Below are positions 58,945 to 64,000 of a stretch of 64,000 bases of DNA, piece by piece. Made by a program: the position numbers and the translations under genes. Position 1 is the stretch's first letter; each line of letters starts with the position of its first letter. This DNA is from Verrucomicrobiota bacterium (GTDB lineage Bacteria; Verrucomicrobiota; Verrucomicrobiia; Opitutales; Cerasicoccaceae), in assembly GCA_039818205.1 (NCBI GenBank), contig JBCBUK010000005.1, forward strand, positions 224,001 to 288,000, given 5' to 3'. Under the pieces are notes generated by a model. The model did not search any database. It saw only the letters and a program-made list of their open reading frames with translations, and was not told where the DNA came from.

Positions 58945-60723
58945 CTAGCTGCCTGCTAGGCTGGACATATACCGCCGCCACGACTGTAGATGGGTAATCT
59001 CAGTGGAACCTTCCACAGCGCAAGCCTCGGCGATAAAGCCCATGCACTCGACATCGCCCTTAAGGAAAACACGACCGAGACCGAGCGGAGCGCCGATGCC
59101 CTCCAAGAAACTCCCAAGCGTTTCACGCGGCAGCTGCCAAACCTCAACAGCGATGCTACTCCCGTGCATGGAATCTCTAACCAAAGCGGGCCGTCGGGGC
59201 TCGCCTTCGAGGGCAAACAACCGGTACATCGGCAAGGTCTCCGTCTTACGAACAAACCGACCGTTCCGCTCTAGCAGCTGAAAATTCAGTGGCATATCTT
59301 TCATGTGCGCACCACAAACCACGATCGGAACCAGACTATCCAAATTCTTTGATTCAGCAATGACTTCCGGTGGGCTTAACTTACTCGTACCCATGGTCAA
59401 ACCTGTCTTTGCGTGCAGCTCACCCGCAATCTCCAACAGGTCAAGATCCCTACCCGAACCGGCAAATAGTGTTACACCATGCGGAAGGTTGTCCTTACGA
59501 AACGCTACTGGTGTTGCAACTGCAGCAAGGTCAAAAAGGTTCATGAAATTCGTGTAGTAACCCAACTCAGAATTCAGCGCGAGAGGCTCGTTGAGAACTT
59601 GCTCAGTCGTGTAGACGGTGCCGCATGTCGGAGTCATGATTCCATCAACTTGTTCTAGAACCTCGTCACCCAATCGCTTCAAGTCTTTTAGTTTATACTC
59701 AGCCCGAAAATAGTCGACCGCTGACGCCCGGTTACCCTGCTCAATGATCTGACGAGTGACCGGGTGGAGAATGTCTGGCCGTTCGGCGAGAATACTTTCT
59801 AACACAGAGTAACGTTCAGCCAACCAAGGCCCCTCATACAGCAAGCGAGCGGCATCTTTGAAGGGCTCAAAGTCAATCTCAACGACGTCATAACCAAGTT
59901 CGCGAACTAAATCGATTGCCTTGTCAAAAACGATCTTGGTCTGTTCATCACCGAAAAACTCCAACTGCTCCGATTTCGGTATCCCAATTGATTGTCGGCG
60001 ACTACCAGCCTGCAGCGAAATGCTCACCGCATAAGGATCTTCGGCATCGTAGCTTGCAGCAACTTCCAAGACCGCTTGAGCATCAGCATTTGAAAGCGCA
60101 AATATTGAAACGCAATCCAAACTGCGACAGGCGGGGACTAATCCCGTCGTGCTCAAAAGACCTCGACTTGGTTTTAGTCCAACAATGTTATTCAAAGAAG
60201 CCGGGATTCTTCCCGATCCCGCCGTATCAGTCCCAAGTGCAAACGAAACCAAGCCTTTGGACACCGCGACCGCAGAACCAGAACTGGATCCGCCCGGAAT
60301 GTATCGTGGATCAAACGGATTCGATGGAATGCCGTAGGGAGAGCGAGTTCCCACCAGGCCCGTCGCGAACTGATCAAGATTCGTTTTACCGATCGGAATC
60401 GCTCCGGCATCAATTAGTTGTTGAACAACGTAGGCGGAATTGGTCGGAGTGTATGCATAGTCGGGACACGCGGCAGTTGTCGGAACGCCTGCCAGATCTA
60501 GGTTATCCTTAACTGCAAACGGTATACCATAGAGCGGGTGTGTTTCCGGTGACTTGTCTTTCAGCTTTTCAACATAGACGGCTATTTCCTCACGTGAGAG
60601 GACGTAGATCCAGATCGCGGGATCCTCAACTCGAATGCGGTCCAAGACACAGTCAAGCACCGCTTGCGGATGGATCTCCCGATTGGCGTATTGCTTAATC
60701 AAGTTATCAATTGAAATATTCAT
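58945..60723 (-). CDS. atzF: Allophanate hydrolase
   Basis: PLYGIPFAVKDNLD, GKTNLDQFATGLVGTRSPYG, GGSSSGS, GTDTAGSGRIP and C-domain VVCGAHM. The ATG at 60723 is preferred. Confidence 0.93.
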   Translation of the reverse strand: MNISIDNLIKQYANREIHPQAVLDCVLDRIRVEDPAIWIYVLSREEIAVYVEKLKDKSPETHPLYGIPFAVKDNLDLAGVPTTAACPDYAYTPTNSAYVVQQLIDAGAIPIGKTNLDQFATGLVGTRSPYGIPSNPFDPRYIPGGSSSGSAVAVSKGLVSFALGTDTAGSGRIPASLNNIVGLKPSRGLLSTTGLVPACRSLDCVSIFALSNADAQAVLEVAASYDAEDPYAVSISLQAGSRRQSIGIPKSEQLEFFGDEQTKIVFDKAIDLVRELGYDVVEIDFEPFKDAARLLYEGPWLAERYSVLESILAERPDILHPVTRQIIEQGNRASAVDYFRAEYKLKDLKRLGDEVLEQVDGIMTPTCGTVYTTEQVLNEPLALNSELGYYTNFMNLFDLAAVATPVAFRKDNLPHGVTLFAGSGRDLDLLEIAGELHAKTGLTMGTSKLSPPEVIAESKNLDSLVPIVVCGAHMKDMPLNFQLLERNGRFVRKTETLPMYRLFALEGEPRRPALVRDSMHGSSIAVEVWQLPRETLGSFLEGIGAPLGLGRVFLKGDVECMGFIAEACAVEGSTEITHLQSWRRYMSSLAGS

Positions 60724-60772
60724 TGCTGAAATCGGATTCACAAATACTTGGGAGATCTGGCTGGGAACGCAA

Positions 60773-63700
60773 TCACTCCGGCTTGATACCAACTAACTGC
60801 TGGCCTGTTCGCACCGGCGAACCCTCCTCAGTCAGAATCTGCGCAACTTTACCGCTAACGGTCGCCTGCACCGAAATCTCCATCTTCATTGCCTCGACAA
60901 TCAGGATAGTTTGCCCGGCTTCGACAACTTCATCTACGCCCACGACAATCTTCCAAACGTTGCCATTGATATGGCTGCAAACTGCTTCTACGCCATCAGG
61001 AAGGTCGGCTTCTTCGGGCGGCTCGGGCTCAAATGAGTCTGTCACGGCATTCTGGCCAGCCGCTTCCCACCGTTCCCGCTCCTCTTCGAATGCTTTCTGT
61101 TGTCGCGCCTTAAACGCGGCAATGGACTCAGCGTTTTCATCCAGAAACTCGTTGTACTCCTTCAGGCTAAAGTCCTGCTCCTCGATTTTAACCTCAAACG
61201 TGCCAGCGTGGAAGTCACGTCGCATCTCGACGAGTTCTTCCTCTTCGACCGGATAGTATCGCACCTGGTCGAAAAACCTAAGAAGCCAGGGTTTTCCTTC
61301 CTCGAAGGGTCCCGTCTTGAGATAGCGATTCCAAATGGGAACTGTTTGACCAACGAGCTGGTATCCACCGGGGCTATCCATCCCATAGATGCACATATAG
61401 ACGCCGCCGATCCCCACCGTACCTTCGGCCGTCCAAGTGCGAGCAGGATTATACTTGGTCGTTAGCAAACGGTGTCGCGGATCAACCGGCACCGCCGCCG
61501 GCGCGCCCAGGTAAACGTCACCAAGCCCCATGACCATGTAGCTCGTACTGAAAACGATATCTTTCACCTCATCGACTGATTCAAGACCGTTGATGCGACG
61601 CATAAATTCGATATTGGACGGGCACCACGGAGCATCCTTACGGACAGATTTCTCATACTTGCGAACTGCAGCCTGAGTCATCTCATTGTTCCAGCTCATC
61701 GGCAGATGAAGGACACGGGTCTTGATCACCATTTCCTCAATTGGTGGAAGCTCTTTCTCCGCCGCAACCAGCAGGTCCAGAAGCGCCTGCAGCCGAATCA
61801 CCCGTGAGTCGTAGTGGAGCTGCAATGACCGAACGCCTGGTGTGATATCGATCAGGCCCGGGATCGGATTCTTGTCGATCCAATCCATCAAGGCGTAGAT
61901 GCGGAAGCGGAAATTCAAGTCGAGAACGATGGGACCGTATTCGATTAGGAGATACTTGTCTCCGCACGGCCGGTAGTTGACCTCCACTGGCAACTCTCCC
62001 TTCGGCAGAGTCACCGCCACGCAGGGCTCACGCTCCAACCCATCAGTCAGCTCATTAACGACCGCCTGATCGAGTTGTTGAACCCCGGCGTCCTGCAGCT
62101 CCTCCAGCGTATTGGCCGCTACCTGGGTGACGCAGGTGAAGCGAATGGAATCACCCGGACGTAATTGACCAATCATCCAAAGGTCTGCTTGCACGATCGT
62201 TACTGGGCAAACGAACCCACCCAGGCTTGGTCCATCGGGTCCAAGTATAATCGGCATGTCCCCGGTAAAATTGATCGCGCCAATCGCATAAGGATTGTCG
62301 TGAATATTCGACGGGTGGAGACCTGCTTCGCCACCATCTTTACGCGCCCACTGCGGCGTACTTGGGGCAATCAACCGGATGCCGGTCCGGGCAGAATTAT
62401 AGTGGACCTCGAACGTTGATGCCAAAAATGTATCGATATCCTCTTCAGTAAAGAAATCGGGCGCGCCATGGGGACCGTAGGTTACCCGGATCTCCCACTC
62501 ATGATTATACTGGGGAATGAAGTCCCCCGGCAATTGGCGTGGGACGGTCTCTCCGACCTGATCGGGTTCCAGGAGGTGCAACACATCCCCTGGCAAGAGA
62601 GTCCGTCCACCATGGCCACCAAAGTTACCCATTGAGAAGGTCGCCTGACTGCCGAGATAAAAGGGAACATCAAAGCCACCGGCAACAGCCAGATAGGCGC
62701 GGCAACCCACAGAGGTAATCTTACCGAGCTTTAACACCGAGCCTGCCGAAACTGTCAACGTTCGCCACATCTGGACGGGCAACCCATCCAAGTCTGCCTC
62801 GATCGGAGCACCCGTGATAGCGATGCTCGCGTCTTGGTTGAACTTGAGCGTCGGCCCAATCAAAGTGATTTCGAGAGCCGCGATTCCTTCCTCATTCTGC
62901 ACCAGGCGATTGGCCAACCGAAAAGAAAGGTTATCCATTGGCCCCGATGGCGGAACCCCGATATCCCAGTACCCGATTCGGCCAGGGTAATCTTGAATGC
63001 TCGTTTGCGTTCCCGGGGTAATGACATCGACCCCGGTAGTCGGATACGAGAAGTCTTTAAGAAACGCGGTTGTGATCGTGCCTTGTTTGAAATCAGGCGT
63101 CGCCACGATTCGACTCAAGTATTCTAGATTCGTTTCGATCCCGTGCAATGCGGTGGCATCCAACGCTTCACTCAAAGAGGCGATGGCCGCTTCCCGCGAG
63201 TCCGCCTTCACGATGAGCTTAGCGAGGAGTGGATCGTAGTTTGGTGTTACCTCGGTTCCCGTGGCGATCCAGGTGTCGCAACGCACGCCTTCTGGAAACA
63301 CAACCTCTGAGAGCACGCCCGAAGACGGCTGGTAGTTCTTACGGGGATCTTCAGCGTAGATCCGAACTTGAATCGAGTGGCCAGCGGTTGTGACAGAATC
63401 AACCCCTGCGGTCGGATCCTCCCCCCCAGCCAAGGTCAACATCCATTCGACGAGATCGACGCCCGTAACTTCTTCGGTCACCCCATGCTCAACCTGCAAG
63501 CGCGTATTCACCTCGAGGAAGTAGAACTCCTCGGTATCCACATTGACCAAAAACTCGACGGTTCCCGCCGATCGATACGCAATGGATGACGCGAGTCGCT
63601 GCGCGGCCTCGGTAAGGCCCGCCCTTAAACTGTCGGAAATGTTCGGTGCAGGTGTTTCTTCAATCACCTTCTGGTTTCGGCGCTGTGCTGAACAATCTCG

Positions 63701-64000
63701 CTCGCCCAACGTAACGACGCCCCCCTGCCCGTTTCCAAAGATCTGAACTTCAATATGGCGAGCCCGGCCGACGAACTTCTCCAAGTAAATACCCGCCTGC
63801 CCAAAGTTAGTCATGCTTAGGTGCTCCACCTGCTCATAAGCCGCTCGGAGACTGCCGGGCTCCTCGCAAATGCGCATCCCGATGCCGCCCCCACCAGCGA
63901 CGCTCTTAAGCATGACCGGATAGCCAATCTCGTCCGCCCGCTCCAAAGCTTGGTCCGCCGACTCCAGCAAACCCGTTCCAGGCAACATCGGAACATTGGC
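60773..64000 (-). CDS. uca: 5'-truncated second urea carboxylase (Asn type, predicted urea-preferring)
   Basis: The frame is open to the window edge. [39 protein letters not shown] and EAMKME. Directly upstream of atzF. Confidence 0.92.
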   Translation of the reverse strand, partial: ANVPMLPGTGLLESADQALERADEIGYPVMLKSVAGGGGIGMRICEEPGSLRAAYEQVEHLSMTNFGQAGIYLEKFVGRARHIEVQIFGNGQGGVVTLGERDCSAQRRNQKVIEETPAPNISDSLRAGLTEAAQRLASSIAYRSAGTVEFLVNVDTEEFYFLEVNTRLQVEHGVTEEVTGVDLVEWMLTLAGGEDPTAGVDSVTTAGHSIQVRIYAEDPRKNYQPSSGVLSEVVFPEGVRCDTWIATGTEVTPNYDPLLAKLIVKADSREAAIASLSEALDATALHGIETNLEYLSRIVATPDFKQGTITTAFLKDFSYPTTGVDVITPGTQTSIQDYPGRIGYWDIGVPPSGPMDNLSFRLANRLVQNEEGIAALEITLIGPTLKFNQDASIAITGAPIEADLDGLPVQMWRTLTVSAGSVLKLGKITSVGCRAYLAVAGGFDVPFYLGSQATFSMGNFGGHGGRTLLPGDVLHLLEPDQVGETVPRQLPGDFIPQYNHEWEIRVTYGPHGAPDFFTEEDIDTFLASTFEVHYNSARTGIRLIAPSTPQWARKDGGEAGLHPSNIHDNPYAIGAINFTGDMPIILGPDGPSLGGFVCPVTIVQADLWMIGQLRPGDSIRFTCVTQVAANTLEELQDAGVQQLDQAVVNELTDGLEREPCVAVTLPKGELPVEVNYRPCGDKYLLIEYGPIVLDLNFRFRIYALMDWIDKNPIPGLIDITPGVRSLQLHYDSRVIRLQALLDLLVAAEKELPPIEEMVIKTRVLHLPMSWNNEMTQAAVRKYEKSVRKDAPWCPSNIEFMRRINGLESVDEVKDIVFSTSYMVMGLGDVYLGAPAAVPVDPRHRLLTTKYNPARTWTAEGTVGIGGVYMCIYGMDSPGGYQLVGQTVPIWNRYLKTGPFEEGKPWLLRFFDQVRYYPVEEEELVEMRRDFHAGTFEVKIEEQDFSLKEYNEFLDENAESIAAFKARQQKAFEEERERWEAAGQNAVTDSFEPEPPEEADLPDGVEAVCSHINGNVWKIVVGVDEVVEAGQTILIVEAMKMEISVQATVSGKVAQILTEEGSPVRTGQQLVGIKPE

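Noticed and set aside
54592..64000. The two uca copies as an assembly duplication
   Set aside because: The proteins are substantially diverged throughout, differ at specificity motifs and have different gene partners.

Overview
Bacterial chromosomal window with no rRNA, tRNA, CRISPR array or recognisable transposase/integrase. A PEP-CTERM protein, sulfatases, a GH86-type agarase/porphyranase and PVC-type surface modules suggest a marine Verrucomicrobium (inference). About 1-31 kb is a secreted and algal-polysaccharide region: a malectin protein, an ABC exporter, a beta-helix protein, a multimodular GH86, an unclassified glycosidase-like protein, DoxX plus a Tat oxidoreductase, a BlaI/M56 pair with tandem ACTA-N6-TAGT operators facing a giant di-haem/CBM protein, and a sulfatase. 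About 31-43.5 kb (minus strand) holds rhlE, a single-chain 2-oxoacid dehydrogenase E1alpha-E1beta-lipoyl-FabH fusion and a Cus-type efflux operon. About 47-64 kb is a nitrogen-scavenging island. Its plus-strand part has a sigma54-type promoter, an ABC importer, a creatininase-fold hydrolase, a GlnT/GmaS-type gamma-glutamyl ligase, a NikR homologue lacking three of four nickel ligands, cgdAB, an Asp-type (guanidine) carboxylase and GntR. This converges on an Asn-type (urea) carboxylase plus allophanate hydrolase. Two systems stand out. (1) A riboswitch-free guanidine/alkylguanidine locus apparently controlled by the nickel-site-less NikR through two GTATTA-N16-TAATAY operators. (2) The E1-lipoyl-FabH fusion, which could prime fatty-acid synthesis directly from 2-oxoacids. 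All family assignments come from motif recognition by eye; no database search was run.
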